Source of the DNA: Catajapyx aquilonaris
Taxonomy: Eukaryota
Direction of reading: 5' to 3'
DNA length: 39,726 nt
Assembly: GCA_000934665.2 (NCBI GenBank)
Contig: KZ538933.1
Coordinates: 1 to 39,726 of the forward strand
A program made the position numbers and the translations under genes. The number at the start of each line of letters is the position of its first letter. The first letter of the stretch is position 1. Shown one piece after another: positions 12,807 through 27,395 of this stretch. A model generated the notes under the pieces. It had not been told where the DNA came from, ran no database searches, and was given only the letters and a program-made list of their open reading frames with translations.

Positions 12807-14048
12807 TATAGACACTCTCTCATGGGGATACTAACACTGGACTGGAGGACGTTGTACCCGGACAGGATTGCAATATGAAGACGTTTCAAATCAGTTCTAA
12901 AGTTGTCCACCCAGAATGGAGTGCTAAAAACCAAATAAAAAGGATGTACTTTAGTAGTGTTGGTTTCAAGAAACGCAAAGTAAAAGAAGAGCACTTACAG
13001 ATGAAACAATTGATCCAAACTGTGGAAGGTTCCTACCGTTTTATGTAGAAAGAATGTGAAAACGCAACTTTCATTGCTCGCGAAGATTTTCACTACTTAA
13101 AGAACACACAAAACTGTGTTTCACTTTCTCATCGAATATTGTTAGGAACAATGAACTTCTACTAAAATAATATTATCGTGGTACATAACAAACTCAACTC
13201 TACAACAGATCCTAGGTCAGCATTGTTGTTACTTGATAAGCCAGGACTTTTGGAACGTTGACGACTCATTTCTGCCGCACAATGGCACTTGGGTTGTATT
13301 TGACGGAATTCGTTAAACACCAGCAATTTCAAGCAAGCAATAGCTAGTATTAGGTGATGTTTTTGTCCCTCCTTGCTAAAACTCCCAGCGGATGTCCCCA
13401 TGATAATAACTCGCAGATGTAATCAGGCAACATGGACTGGTTATTGAAGTGACACGTATTTTCAAAGTTGGCGGAGTTGCGCTTTTTCATTTTAATTATC
13501 TGCGCACTCCATTCACTCTCCCAATTTCTGCTCGGCTTTTGAAAAGGGGTAGTAGTCACAAGGGTAATAAAATTACTCTGTGTATGGTTTTGATGACTGC
13601 GAATCTGATTTGTAAGAGAGTAAAGGTAGTAATCAAAAGCCACGAAATATGACTGCATAAAGAAGAAGTTTATTAAATATGTTTCATATGCAGCGGAAAC
13701 TTCACAATACCTCAAAGAATGCTCATTATTACGAAAATCTGCAACATTCACCTATGGCAGCTTTTTGTTGTTTCATTCATACCACTGTGATGATCAAATG
13801 GAAAACAACCTAAATGACTAAGGGCGAAAAGTTGGAAAAGGACAACAATAATGATACTGCATCATCTAAGTAATTTATTTTTAATGAGATAATACATTGT
13901 TGTTGCAATATTACGCGAATATAATTTTTGTTTGACACATCTCTGTAAGAGGTAGTCCATGACGAAGGAGACTCAAAAAATTAATGAAAACAAGTTTAAA
14001 ACACGGCACATGAAATATGAATCATTCCCTAAATTGCATAAATATATG

Positions 14049-14573
14049 CAATGGGCCCCTGTTATTCGCGGGTAATTGGTTCCAACCCCTCTCGCGTAGA
14101 CTATCAATTCTAACCCACGGATAATCGGAACCCTTATTTAAACCTTTTAAAACTGATTTAATATTTTCAAACCGTGGATAATGAACCATATTCGGCCTAG
14201 AAGTGACCCTTTCATCGAGTTGAAGTGAAAGGAAAATGGCGTTCCCGAGAAGCCCATTTGAATAACATGGCGGCAGGAACGCGACAAAGTCGGGAACGCT
14301 TCGGCGCCCGTATGTCCACAATTTTAATGCAATCATATCTAGTATGGTACCATAGTAAAGGCCAAACCTTTGCGCAGGGCACCTTCGTCGTCATTTTTTC
14401 GATTAACGGTGCGTTTCGCCACGAAAAATAAAATTCCCTCAAAAATGCGCCTACCGATGGTCAGGTGGATTGTACCTGGTCATCGCTGGTAACCCCATCT
14501 TGGGAATATGCCGTGAGTGTAGTGAGTGAGTGAGTGAGTGGATAATGAACCCGCTTATAACGGTGGCCCACCG
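14049..14573. mobile_element. pogo/Tigger-like MITE
   Basis: Imperfect 24-bp TIRs CAATGGGCCCCTGTTATTCGCGGG / rc CGGTGGGCCACCGTTATAAGCGGG. The left TIR is followed by ATTGGTTCC, as in Tigger/MER2-type ends. GGATAAT(G/C)..ACC repeats recur internally. Flanks are TG/CA rather than a clean TA. Confidence 0.7.
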
Positions 14574-14725
14574 CACAATGAAGCGTATTTCACTTCTTGG
14601 CAAGATATATAACGTATTTATGCAATGTATACATTGCCGCCATTAGCAGGTGAAAAATGAGCAGAACTTGACATTTGCTGTTTTTCCTTTCACTGGGTGA
14701 GCTTTGTTTCATATGCAGTAATTAG

Positions 14726-14950
<225 letters not shown>

Positions 14951-15011
14951 ATAGTAGATCCAACGTGGATTTGTCATTTTGGCATGACAACAATCATGTA
15001 GTCGGATGTTC

Positions 15012-15017
15012 AATAAA
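15012..15017 (+). promoter_or_regulatory. Candidate polyadenylation signal of YIPF5
   Basis: First AATAAA after the stop codon (about 60 nt downstream). Another lies at 16163-16168. Which one is used cannot be determined from sequence. Confidence 0.4.
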
Positions 15018-15584
15018 GATGGGGTGACTCGAACATGTCATTTTGAAAGTTACTACAGTATATCCTTGCATAGCCATCAGCTGAGGAAAAATGGAACACC
15101 TATTGTCTATTTGTTGGAGAAAGAGATACATCTGGCTTCTATTCTACATACACTGTTAAATACGCAGCCTACGGCTGCTTATTTAAATGCACCAACATTG
15201 CATGGGTCAGATGTCTTCCCACGAATTACCAGATATTTACAATAGAAAATAGTTTTCAGAGCGCAGCTGGAAAGTTGTGGAAAGTGGAGCCTTGTAGTAC
15301 TACAGTACTGTACTATACCTCTACTCTTGCTCACACTGTATTCAAGTGCGCGGATCCGTGGAATCAGTTTATAGTAGTCAAATTTAAAAATTTAGGCCCC
15401 ATCACTAAATGACGTTCCTCATAAGATGTGTTCAAACAGCATGAACTATAGTGACGGTCGTTCGTTGAGAGCGGTTCATGCATACTCTTCATACCATGTA
15501 ACATCGATCCCTAATTTTACATCAGAATTCGCTTATGTGACGAGACTAACTAGCCTATATGATGACTTCTTCATTTCAAGCACC

Positions 15585-15860
15585 TGACCTCCTGCCCATG
15601 TAGGATATTCTGACAGCTGATAAGAGGCCATGTAGCCATATCACTTGGTCCTTCATGTTATGCGGTATGGACATTAGTGCAGTACTTTCCGACGGGCTGC
15701 TATGCGCAAGAGAGGATGCTCCTTGAATGTGGAACACAGACTAAGGAGAGTGAAGACAGCTTGCGAGGGCGACATTCTAAAGAAGGTTCCAACAATGGGC
15801 TTTGACAGTCTCGACGGGCTTGATCCCTATTGCCTTTGCTGAGACGGTTACGAGGTGAAG
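15585..15860 (+). pseudogene. Possible heavily decayed 3' fragment of an RTE-like LINE ORF
   Basis: Frameshifted peptides GHVA...FPTG...RKRG...W occur in the order of the RTE C-terminal WxGHVxR...PxGxRxRGRP...W motif. There are many stops and the match is weak. Confidence 0.3.
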
Positions 15861-18299
15861 AAATGTTTATTTTTATGTCATACCGTCCCCATCTTTACCA
15901 AAGCTGATTGGTTTACATAACGTAGAGTTTGGACCGTTTCGAACCAGTGTGCAGTGTCTGCTCTTTTAGGCTCTCTCAGTTTTTAAAAAGTTTCATAACT
16001 TAAATATTTTACTTGAATTGCTCAGTTTGACGCAGGAAAACCCGCGAAATCGAACCCAATACGGATGTGAGCTCAGATCTGATTCATAGGGGGAAACAAT
16101 GTGTTATGCTGTATTTGTAATATGCAATGTGTGCATTTAACACCTCAAAAGTCGAAATTGGGAATAAAAAAGTCCAGAAAATGCTTCAAGAAGTTCAAAA
16201 ACTATCCCAAAAAAGGCCAAATAGGCATGAAAAGTCGCAAAAAGCCAGAATAGGCAAAATAGTTCCCAAAACCACGAAATAGGCCATTTTAGGCACTATA
16301 AAACCTACATTTTCCACATCCTCAACTTATGAAACGGATAGATCTCTTCACAAAACCATCCCAACTGTTTAAAGGAACTAAATCTTATACAAAAAATAAT
16401 AATCTGAAACCTGGTCAGGTACTCGCAGATAATTGTGGGGTTACAACAGATTGCCGACAGGACAGGCTATGCTGGTTGTTGACTTCGGCGTGTCCCAGGT
16501 GACGTCCACCAACAAAGGACTGGCAAGGCAGGAGTACCATCTCATTGCTGAGTTGTTGGCACCACCATGGACTCTACTAATAAGCGTTATTGTGGTCCGT
16601 GTAATAACTGGTTCACAACTGCAGTACATTGGGAGGAATCGCAATGGTTTTATAATCCATCCCATAGATATATGTGATGTATCTATGATCCATCTTTGCA
16701 GCAAGAGTTTGAATCCACCGCGATGTCTTGAGCTGTCTCGTGAGCAGTCTTGAGCTGTCCAAGTATTTTGGACGCAGCCGCAACTTATGTACGCCAGGTG
16801 GCCATGTCTGTGCATAGCCATTAATGCAGGTTAGTGTACGTATTTCTGACACGCTGCAGCATGCTGTTAGGTGTAACCCGGCCGTGAACCCGGCCTAAGT
16901 AGTGGCCAGTCTGTTTGCAACGAGATGGAGGGAAGGTGGTAGTGCTAGTTGGAGTAACGCGATTTTTTTCCCTCGGAATGGGTTGCAAGTTACTGTAGGC
17001 TACTTATTACTTAGTGCATATAGTTGGGACGGTGCTTGTGCCATTGTAGAATTAGGGGGTATATTCAAGTGCGGGATTTTGTAGTAGTGCCTAAGTGTGC
17101 TCGCCTGGTCGCCAGAAGCTACACCTTACGAAGCACACAAAATTCATCAAATGGGATCGATGCCGACAAATTTCGAAATACTAATAAGGTAAGTCAATGT
17201 CATAGGATATACTGTATATCATTTAGCTCCTCTTAGGAACCAGGTAATGGAAGTGCCCTCAAATTTTCGCATATGCAGTTGACGAGGTACTGTTGTGGAT
17301 GAACTGTTAATGAAGCATGACATGCGCCTATAGGTATTGAGAAGTACGTGGTCATGCGGTGGGGTAGTAGGGTGGGGCAATGTCGAAAGCTATAACATAT
17401 AAATTGATTTGTAGAATTTTTGCCCGTGAGGCTTACTATACACGTAGAAACGAGAAACAAATGACTCATTGTGCACATGACAATGCCATTAGACATGCGC
17501 AACAAATCAGTTGCAATCAACCGTGGTGAAGCATGTGCCGATATCCATTCATGAGTAACAAAAGAATTTTCAATCCTCTTCAAACTACAGCTATTCAATG
17601 CCCCACATAGAGGTTACAGTGCACAATGAAGTTATAATGCCGAACATTATTTCACACCGAATTGTACTATCTTGTAGGTTTAAAGCTCTGAACAACAGAT
17701 AAGCAATGTTCCTGATACAGGGTGACCCATATTACCCCGATGGTTGACCAACCCATTTGTTAGCTGAATATCAAACCGATATCCAGTAATGGACTAAGTA
17801 CTTCAAATATGTGTGAAATCTGTACACTAAACTCTGTGTTAATACACGTGACAAATTTTACACGGGTAAAAGTGGCAGGCATATTTTTCGAATTTGATTT
17901 GAAATGTCCGGAGTGATTTTGAGCTTGCCTTAATGGTGATAAGAGAGCAATTTCCCTCTTTGAAAGTCGACATGCCTATGTTCATACTTGGCAAAGCGCG
18001 AATTTACATCATTTACTCGCATTAATATCAGCGCACTTGCTTGATGTACAACGCCAGTTATAGCGAGACAGACGGGAATATGCATATCACGGAGGTGATT
18101 CCGCATGCAAATTATTACGTGTGCCTGGATGTTATGAAATATTTCCCTCTCTTCTCTGACGTCACCTGCAATCAGGATGATGCTCTTGTGGCGGCCAAAG
18201 CTCCCTGCGTGGTTGCTTTGAAACCTTTTTCTCTTCACACCGCACCGGTTTGTTTCTGCCCGGGTCATTCTTCAAGGGCTGAAATTGCTCCGCCCCCCC

Positions 18300-18406
18300 N
18301 NNNNNNNNNNNNNNNNNNNNNNNNNNNNNNNNNNNNNNNNNNNNNNNNNNNNNNNNNNNNNNNNNNNNNNNNNNNNNNNNNNNNNNNNNNNNNNNNNNNN
18401 NNNNNN
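18300..18406. other. Assembly gap (107 N)
   Basis: A run of N preceded by poly-C. Single Ns also occur in poly-G 19746-19771 and poly-C 24706-24727. Confidence 0.99.
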
Positions 18407-21400
18407 ACCTGTCCCACCCCCCACCCTGGAATAAAAGCGAATCCTTCCCGTGGTTTTGCATTTCGGCCTGTGCACTAGCAATTTTGTTTGTACACAAACT
18501 ACGTGTAGTTTCAATATCGATTTGACTTTTTTCCACGTAGGTGTCGATATCAGCTTCCAATGCACGGATTTTGCCTGCAGGTTCAACATTAAAGTGTAAT
18601 TGGATAGCCCACGTGGGAATTCTTCAAATGCAAACCAATATGGCTACTGAATATTATTATAACTTCGAGACACGCATTTGCTTCGCGCAAAAGGGCGCAT
18701 GGAACAGTTGGGGTTAATGTGATAATTTTTAGGATAGGACGCGTAAGTTACATCCACCTAAGGTGCAATTTTGATCGGAATAAATTGGAACTATTTCTTA
18801 GCATTTTTGTGACACAAAGCGTGTCGATGCGTCAGGCTTAATGTGGCCGTTTTGTGTGTTTCAGGCCGATATGAGATGGCAGCCCCAACCGGTTCCGGGG
18901 CCATCTATCCGGATTCGACTCACAAATTGTAGGTAAACGGCCACTCTCGGCAGCCATCTTCGGGCTGGAACTGGCTGCAAATTAGGATTGTCCTATCTTC
19001 AATGTTATGCGAGTGTCGATTTTTGAGTGTTGCCTCTACACACCCTTGTAAGTTACTCTACCTAGTGATAGTTGACAAGCTTTTCATTGCAAATAATTTG
19101 CTTATGTACCCATGCGCACAAGTTATCGCACATGCGTGATAGTATCCTTCCTGCCTAATATCGGGAGAGTCCCGGGAAACTATTACTTTCAGGCGAATCC
19201 TCCATCGCGAAAGAATAATTTGCCGAACCGTATTAAAATCCTAAATCAGTATATCATGATTTAAAGCGGGATTAAAGGAAGAGAAATAATTCATCACTAG
19301 TTTCCGGGGGACCTAATCTAAGCCTATTAATCGAGGGAGAATAACGACGTGGAAGGGAGTGGAGGAGGTTTAAAAGAAGGGGGGTAAAAAAAAAAGATAG
19401 AGGAAAGACTTCATTCTTCAGCAAGCTCAGATGGCGGTGAAATTAATTCGCACATTAGGAGGAAAAATGGCTCCATTAGGACTTCATTTCACACGTCTCC
19501 GATCCAAGATGGACTTTCCGGGGTCAGTTAGGGTCGAGTTCGCCACCTCACTTTGGACCGCAGCCAAAACACTTCTCTTTCACTTACCGGAAATCTATTA
19601 GCGACGAGAAGAATAGACCGGAGGGATTATTAATGCATGGCAATCATAGAAAGGAGGCCGACAAGTGAAACGTCAACAATTCGAATCTCGGCCATTGGAA
19701 ATTCGTTAGCCATCAAGAATGTCCACATGATCATCCCAAATGACCGGGGGGGGGGGGGGGGGGNGGGGGGGATGAAAATTCGAAGGTCATACTCTTATAC
19801 AGTAAATAATTTTGTGACAAGATGGAATTAAATATGTATGAAATTTTAATGCACGAATTTCAAAGCAATTTTATTGGAAAACTGATTTTGTTTACATTTT
19901 TGGCATCCATGGATTAGAATAATTAGCAAAATGACTCACTATACAGTATTTCTGTCTGTGTGCCAAGGGTAAACGTAATACCTAATAAGAATTGGTACGA
20001 TTGAATCCCTTCCCCTTACAATATAAGAATTGACGACCACGTGATGCAAATTCAGCAGTTATATTTTAAAAATTTGGTGAATTTATTCTCCTCGTATCTA
20101 ATGGTCAGCACGATGGCAAGTCGATTTAAAGTTAAGAATGCCATCAAGTATAAAACTTACATCGGAAAAACACTTGTTATTCCTTTACGTGAAGTGAACG
20201 ATGAGTAACTTCGGCCACAGTGCTGTACGTTAGACCTAGAACATAAGTGACGACGGAAATCAAAAATTGCAAAAAAAAAGTTAAGAGTGTTTTATCCGTT
20301 GCGTTGGCTTGTAACAGGCTGCAGTATACATTTTTTAGTAACTCTGCAAAATAAATGCCAGAGCGCAACGAATTTTGTGACAGCCTAGTGACAATAATGA
20401 AGATCGCCGAAGTGCATGTTGTCAACGAATCATCAGAGTCATAGGAAAATTATTGCATAATTAAAGTTTTTGGGACAACAACATGAGAATTTTGCTTTGT
20501 CGGTGTAAATTATGATCCCCAACCGAATAAGGCTTGATTGGAAGTTTATACTGTTTACATTAATTTCAAGGCATGCCAATGCGATGTTACCGCATGTCTC
20601 CCCGATTATATTTCTGTGCGATGAGTGTAATAATACTGCGCAGTGTAAGCTACACAATATATTGTTTCATATAGCAGTGCGAATAGTCGTGTAGGTCTGT
20701 GTAGTAGGCTCATCATATATTTTGGGCCTGTTTTAGAAGTACGTAATAGCGATTTATGACATTTTCAACTGTAATCAATTATACTCTTACAATGGCTTCT
20801 GTAATGACATGCTCCCATGTTAAACACGCCTTGATTATTCTCTATCCTGAGGCTGAAGCATAATGCCGCTATATCTGAATACGGCGTACTCCGGACACCC
20901 ACCGTCATGCCTTGCTTATGGTAATTTCCGAGTTACCTTGTGTCATGGCATAGGACAACTCCGCGTCTTGCCTCAGTTATCGGCGTGGGTGGGAGCCTCG
21001 GATAGAGAATATGCTCTTACGACAGTTGAATCAACAAAGAGTAAGGGGAGGATGCATTGGGAGGATGTCTATGGCTACGAGTTATGGATATTATGCATAA
21101 TTTGAGAATTTCCCTTATGGGCCTATACTCTTTAAACTGTGAAGTACTACTGATTCATGCGACATCGCCCGAATTGGTATAATACATGATAGAATTTGCC
21201 AAGGCTTGCTGGCCATGTGGATATTGTAATCGCATAACTTAGGAGGAAACTTCTAATGATTTTAAATTCTGACCCTTGAACTGTGTGGGTTGTTAAAAGG
21301 CACTGAAATCATTTTGATATTTGAAAGTTAGAGTGTCATGTCCGAGTTCACCGTCTCATCGCCTCTGTCGCAAAAGTGCGATAACATCACAGTAGTAGAT

Positions 21401-24400
21401 TAATTTGTGGGGGGGCTTGCAACTCTGTTTCAGAAGGCTTTTCAGAAGTTCCGTTTTCGCGTCCAGGAAACGGCCCAGGTTAGGTCTGAGTTCCAGGCGA
21501 TCCTAAGCATTGGGACATCAGTTAGGACCCTAAATTGCAGCAGGTGTCAATACGCGCCTTTGGCCGTCGACTTGAACGGCTGAATAAAATGGCGCTGGGG
21601 AAGAAAGTGCCTCAAAATGGAGGACAGGCCGTGAAAAAGTGACCCCGGGTCTCGTTTGGAGTGCGGCGCTGCAGAAAGAGAGACGCAGGTGGGTATATAC
21701 TGTAGAGTCCGCGGCATCGACAAAAGAAAAAAAAAAATCTTGGGGGTCGTGAGTTTTTGGCCGTTGATCTGCGAGCTCCATCTGGCCGAATCGCTCCATT
21801 GAAGTTTTCACCAAGTATTCGGGGGGAATTGATAGCCGGAAAGTTAGCTGGGGAAATGGGCCGAGCGCGCCAATCCGTCCGCTGCACACTTTCCAGCACT
21901 AACTCCACAAGGAAAAAGAGAGAGAGAGAAAGAAAGGGCAAAAATATATAACTCCCGTGTTGCCCCCGGAAACGGAGCAATTACTACGACTTATGGGCTT
22001 TGGCTTCGACTGGTTTGCTTTGCTTCACATCCAAAGTATTTCAATCTCGCATTATGCATCCGAAGAGAAACTGGCTTCAAGGAAGAAAACTTGATCTTCT
22101 AAGCCGGGTAAGAGGCCCTAAGCAATTTGACACGCGACCTTGTGTCCTAAAACTCATCTCAACCAGAATATTGGATGTAATGGCAAAAAAGTAGGTTAAT
22201 CGTGGGGTGTCTGGCTGGAAATAAAATCGCAACAGGGGATATTTTTACTAAAGCCACCAAGTTTTCTCTATGACAAAATATGATATGCGCGTCATTATGA
22301 GGGCCAACCACTTTGCATGTTTGCACTCTGAGAGTTAGAGCATATGGAAACTCCCACGTCATATACTGTGCTACGGGGATGATTCACTGCTTTTTTTCCT
22401 TTCACGTTTGTGTACATGAATTACTAAACCTTTCTAACAAGCGAACATCCTTGTCAATATCAGTGAGTCCACATTACTTTTTGTAAAGTTCAGAGTGCTA
22501 TAGAGTGTACTTTCACATTTGACTGACTCGCACAGAGATGCCAGTTTTATAGAATCGGAGAACCTTCAGGGTAGACAATGTTATGGCTGGTTTGTAACTT
22601 ACTGATACAGTAAAGATGCATACGAAAGTTGATTTGTGGGATCCCTCGCATGTTCCATTTTTTCTGCCCATTAATGCATATTTCACAACTTTCATGTTAT
22701 AAAATATTTCCGGCAGATAGAGGCTTATCTTTGTAACGTAGGCCCAGTCCCCAGAGTTTATTTTTTTAAACTGCCATTATTGTTGCTCTTCTACATTATT
22801 TTTAGGAAATGAAGTATTGTTTTCCGATTTCAGCTGCGAGAGGCGACATGTGTCCGCCGATTAAAATGTTGGCCATGAATTTGCAAGCGAGTTATGCACA
22901 GTAGGATGGACCCTGGGCCCTTTTTACTTGACTTTACGAGCAAACTCGCTCACCCCCTGGAAAACCCGTTTGGAAAGTTTCCCCCTATCCCCATCCCTTC
23001 CCCTAGCTCGCCCGAATCCCCTCCTTTATGCGCCTCAAGTCGTGTTTTACGAGCTCCGTCGCGAATATTAAGACAAGGCAGCTCTGGAGACGGGCTGTAA
23101 TGGCTTCCGTAGCTGTCCCCCGCACAACTCCAGACTTGCAAATAATTATTCTTCATGCCCAAGGTACGTCGTTACTTCCGATTGTAAATCTTACTCCGAG
23201 GTTTCCGCGATGCTCAAACCAATACACGCTGTGGAACTACAAAAAATGAAGGAAAACAGTTGATCAGCGATCACTTGGCCACCGCTTTGATAGGTTGTGA
23301 CCAGTAGGAGACGATCACAGGAAGGCCCATTTCCCTGGGATTATTATCTAGCAACGGTAATTTTGTGTTAGCCTAACTGGGGACTGGGATAACGGGAAGG
23401 AAGATGTATGGATTGAGATTGGGAAAGAGGGAGAGGGCAAATTTGATTGCTTTGTTTGTGCTCAGGACACTGTGCCTGATTGTTCTAATGCACGTAGCAA
23501 TTTTTCTTGATTTTGACTTAGACTAACAGTGTAGCGAAATGAACAAATGCATCGATTGCCCTTATTTCCAATGCAAATTCCCAGAATGTGGCATGTAGGG
23601 TGTCCCCCCCTGTGGCTAATGTGGCACGTATATCCCGTACACATGTGGGCGGTATAGGAATCGGCCGTGCATCAGTCTAGTGTCACTATCGTTAATGAAG
23701 GCCTGGCCTCAAAACACGGTTAGGGCCGAATACCTCTTGAATATTAACCAACTGGCCCAGGGCGTGAGTGACAACAAAACCACTCGATCCAATTGGACGA
23801 GTTGGCCGGCTTGCAACTTGAGGACACCTCCCCAAACACCACACTTCTCCCTCTCTCCCTCCCTCCCTCCTTCCCTAAAAAGGTGGGTGGATTGATTTTT
23901 TATCCTCTCTTTTTACGCTGCTGAAATTGCAGCATCCCAGGTCGAGGTTTGCCGAAAACATCGATCTCAGCCTGGAGCAACTGAACTAAACACGCTCGGC
24001 TTGGGAAAATTCGGACTCTTCCTACCCCCCTCTGCTGGCCCTACCCACCACCCACCCACAATCGAAATGGCCGGAGTCAGATTCGTTGACCGGAAACAAA
24101 AATACTTTCCACTGGCGGTTGTATTCATTCCGTCCATTATCGGGATGTTTGTTGGAGGCAACTTCTCCAATTTATAATCATGAATGCCCTCTCCGCCCTT
24201 TCTGCTGCTGCTCACTTATTTACTGAATATGCGTTTTGTAACTGTACCCTTCTTATATACTCGGATTACCATCATCCTCTATTTGACCGGAAGGGGCCTG
24301 GGAACTGCCGCTGTTCAGACTGCAGAAATACTGTTTGTGAACATTTTGAGCAGGACTAATGATATCATACATGCTGGCACTCCATACACACGTACAGTAC

Positions 24401-26591
24401 AGTATAACGGATTAAATGCGTTATAAAATTAATTCATCCACCTCGGTACCTTCATAAAGCGCTTCGTGGCTAATAGAATACCCGCTATACTTTATACAGT
24501 AGTACAGGGGGAGCCACTACTCAAGTCTACAGTTCAAGATGGGAGTATGGGTAGAACTTGTGGATTGTTGACCTCAGCAAGCAGTTTGAAGAGAAGCAAT
24601 AATCCCACGATAAGTGAATGTGTCCCGAATTTTTGCTCTTCTTGTACTGATTTCTAAGGCAAGAAAATGTTGGTGGAATTTTCGTTCCACTGATAACTTA
24701 CCACGCCCCCCCCCCCCCNCCCCCCCCATCACATGTTTGTGACTCTCACCACAAAAACCAATCCTTCTTCTATTCAAAGTTTATATCAGTCTTTCGGATT
24801 GTTTCTCCCATTCCTTCTCCTACCCTTTCGTATTCCAAAATTTGGGCCGGGCGGGAAATCAGCCTTTTCAGAGAATTATTTCGGTTATCTTGAAATTTAT
24901 TGGAAATCAAATTAATAACTACCGAAAAATGTTGCATGGAGTCTTTAACGACGACTGTGACATATCGGTTCCTTCAGGTCTGCAGCTACTTGATTCATTC
25001 ATTTGTGCTTTCAAAACAAACCTTTTTTTATCTCCGTGTGACTAATCCGTAACACTCGCCCTGTGACCCTTCCCTCCCCACCAGGTCGTCTGCCTACCCA
25101 ACCCTCCCCCAAGGCCTCCTCAGTAATAAAACAATTTACCCTTTTTACAATCCCTTTTTCAAACCAACTGAACCAACCCGACCCTCATCAGTCACCTCCC
25201 CTAACCTTCCACCCTTCCCCGAGGTCAAACCGACACTAGCGCCCAACTAGAGGATTTTCCGCGAACTGTTTTTGGCTGTTAAATATCAAATTATGTTCCT
25301 GAAGTGATTATGGTAAATTGGTGTAGAGGCCATTATAAGGGAATAATCTTGAACACTTTAAGTCAAATATGCCAATATTTTGTCATTACTGCGTTAAGTT
25401 CTATTCGCAAACACCGCCATTACGCCTCACTGTGAAAATGTTTAGAAAATCCAGAATGATGACTGATGGGGATTTCATTGTTCTCATCTGCAGTGGAGCT
25501 TAGCCCATACAAGTTGTTATTAAATAACACCGACATTCCTCGTGATGAAGCATGGAATATCCAGGATATGTACGATATGTAATCTGTTAGAGACATAATT
25601 TTATGGCCTCCGGTGCCCCAATTTGGTGCCAGAAATAATCCATATCCGAACAACTTTCCTGTGGGAAGAGAAGTGGGTGGGGCTGGCTCTACTGGTTGCT
25701 GCACTCGTGGGATTATACTATAGGTGCTAGCCCTGCATTGATTGGTGTTCCTTATTTTGTCAATTTGTACACATGTCCGGGTCCAATTTTTGTACGGAGA
25801 CTAATGCGAAAGTGAGGCAGAAATGTTGCAGCCATGGCTGTTTAGGAAGAGTTGGGCCTCGCTGGCGCCAAGCCGGGCGCCGGAGGCCAAATGTTCCCTC
25901 CACCAAAGTTGTTTATCTGGGATAGCCCCTCTAGTGTGCCTCATAAAGTGTTTTTCAGGTGTTATTTAACAACACTCGATATTCCGTTTGATAATCATTT
26001 TTCCATTAATTAGTTCAATAGTTTTAGTCATGCACACGCCCACAACTGTGCACTGACCTGAACCGGTTCAACCACCCTATCACACTGGTAATCTATTTTT
26101 CAAACACCCTGTAAATTCCACGATAATCTCCAGCATGGAATTGATAATATTGACTCTGAATCTATCGTATGAAATTACTTGTATTTATAATATTCGTAAC
26201 ACGGCTCTTACTAATTATTGAAATTTGGCAGGAGCAGTATGTGTGTTGCCAGGTGATCAATCTCCCTGCCTTCGAGAGAATGGTGGTGGATTTAGAATAG
26301 GGAACAAGGGGGGTCAAGATGGGTCACAGCCTAAATTCACGGGCTCTTCTATATCCCGCTGGTGCAAATAGGGTGATGGCGAACAATAAGCGGATTCACG
26401 CATAGAAAGCTGGTGTCTTTTGATGGAGGGATCCGCTTCCATAGATCGGTTCTCCCTGGATCAATACAAAGAACAAATGACATTACCAGAGGGATACGAC
26501 CTCTCAATAAGCACTACCTTGTACTTCAAGAATGTATATATGCATTTACATTGAAGACTTGCATATTGGAGGATAAAAAGGAAAGAATATT

Positions 26592-27210
26592 CAGGGTGTT
26601 TCATCCAAGTGGAACTTCCAGCCGGCAGTGTATTCGTTGGCCCAAAACATGCCAAAAGTTTAGGTGACAGAGATGTCGAGGGACCAACCGGTGACAAGGT
26701 ATCAGACTTACAACCATACTAACTCTTCTTGCCCTCCTAAATTTTGAATTTTATTTTATTTTATCATTCTGCTTGGGCTATAGTGTTGTGCAAACATCAC
26801 CTCTGCTGCTAATTTTCACGTTAGCAGGGTCAAAATACAAGCCGAAATTCCGAAGCCACAACACCTGCATCCGGTCCCGGCTGGCCGGTCGTCGCGACTG
26901 ATATCAGTGATATGTAAATGATTGATTAAACTTGATTCATAAATTGCTACTCAAAATCGAATTCAAAACGTGTGAGGTCATATTCTACTTGCTCGCGCCA
27001 CCCTAGAGCGCGCTACAGTCGCGGCGACCGGGGACCTGCGACCCGCGACCGGCTGAAGGTGTTGTGGCTTCAGAATGTCGCATTTAGCTCGTATTTTGAC
27101 GTGAAAATTAGCAGCAGAGGTGATGTTTTCACAGCACTATAGGCCAAGCAGAATTAGAAAATCCTAAAAGTTTCAACATTTAGGAGGGTAAGAAAAGAAA
27201 ACTTTGGTTG
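26592..27210. mobile_element. Diverged Tc1/mariner-like foldback element with the right terminus missing
   Basis: Starts CAGGGTGTTTC. Arms are 26711-26900 and 27016-27210 (aaacatcacctctgctgctaattttcacgt / acgtgaaaattagcagcagaggtgatgttt). It shares ATGTCGAGGGACCAACC with the 27396 element. Confidence 0.75.
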
Positions 27211-27395
27211 TTAGTAGAAATATGAGCAGAAAACTTACGGTACCCGGGTATGTCATTCATTGATATATTCATCCAAATAGGCTATTCACCAATGAATCAC
27301 ATATTTCCGAATTTTTCTAATGTTACACCTATGTCTTTCCATCATCATTTAGTTTAATTCGTCTCTCTGCCGATAGCCTACTGTACTTACCTATA

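Noticed and set aside
16150..16310. CRISPR-like or regular array (AATAGGC recurrences)
   Set aside because: The units are short, irregular and degenerate, in a eukaryotic context with no cas genes. They are more likely a decayed transposon subterminal repeat.
18041..18589. ORFs of 105-145 aa
   Set aside because: Their length is inflated by reading through the N gap, and no protein family is recognisable.
26994..27012. CTCF-like site GCGCCACCCTAGAG at the centre of a foldback
   Set aside because: The spacing deviates from the CTCF core, and a single degenerate match is not supportable.
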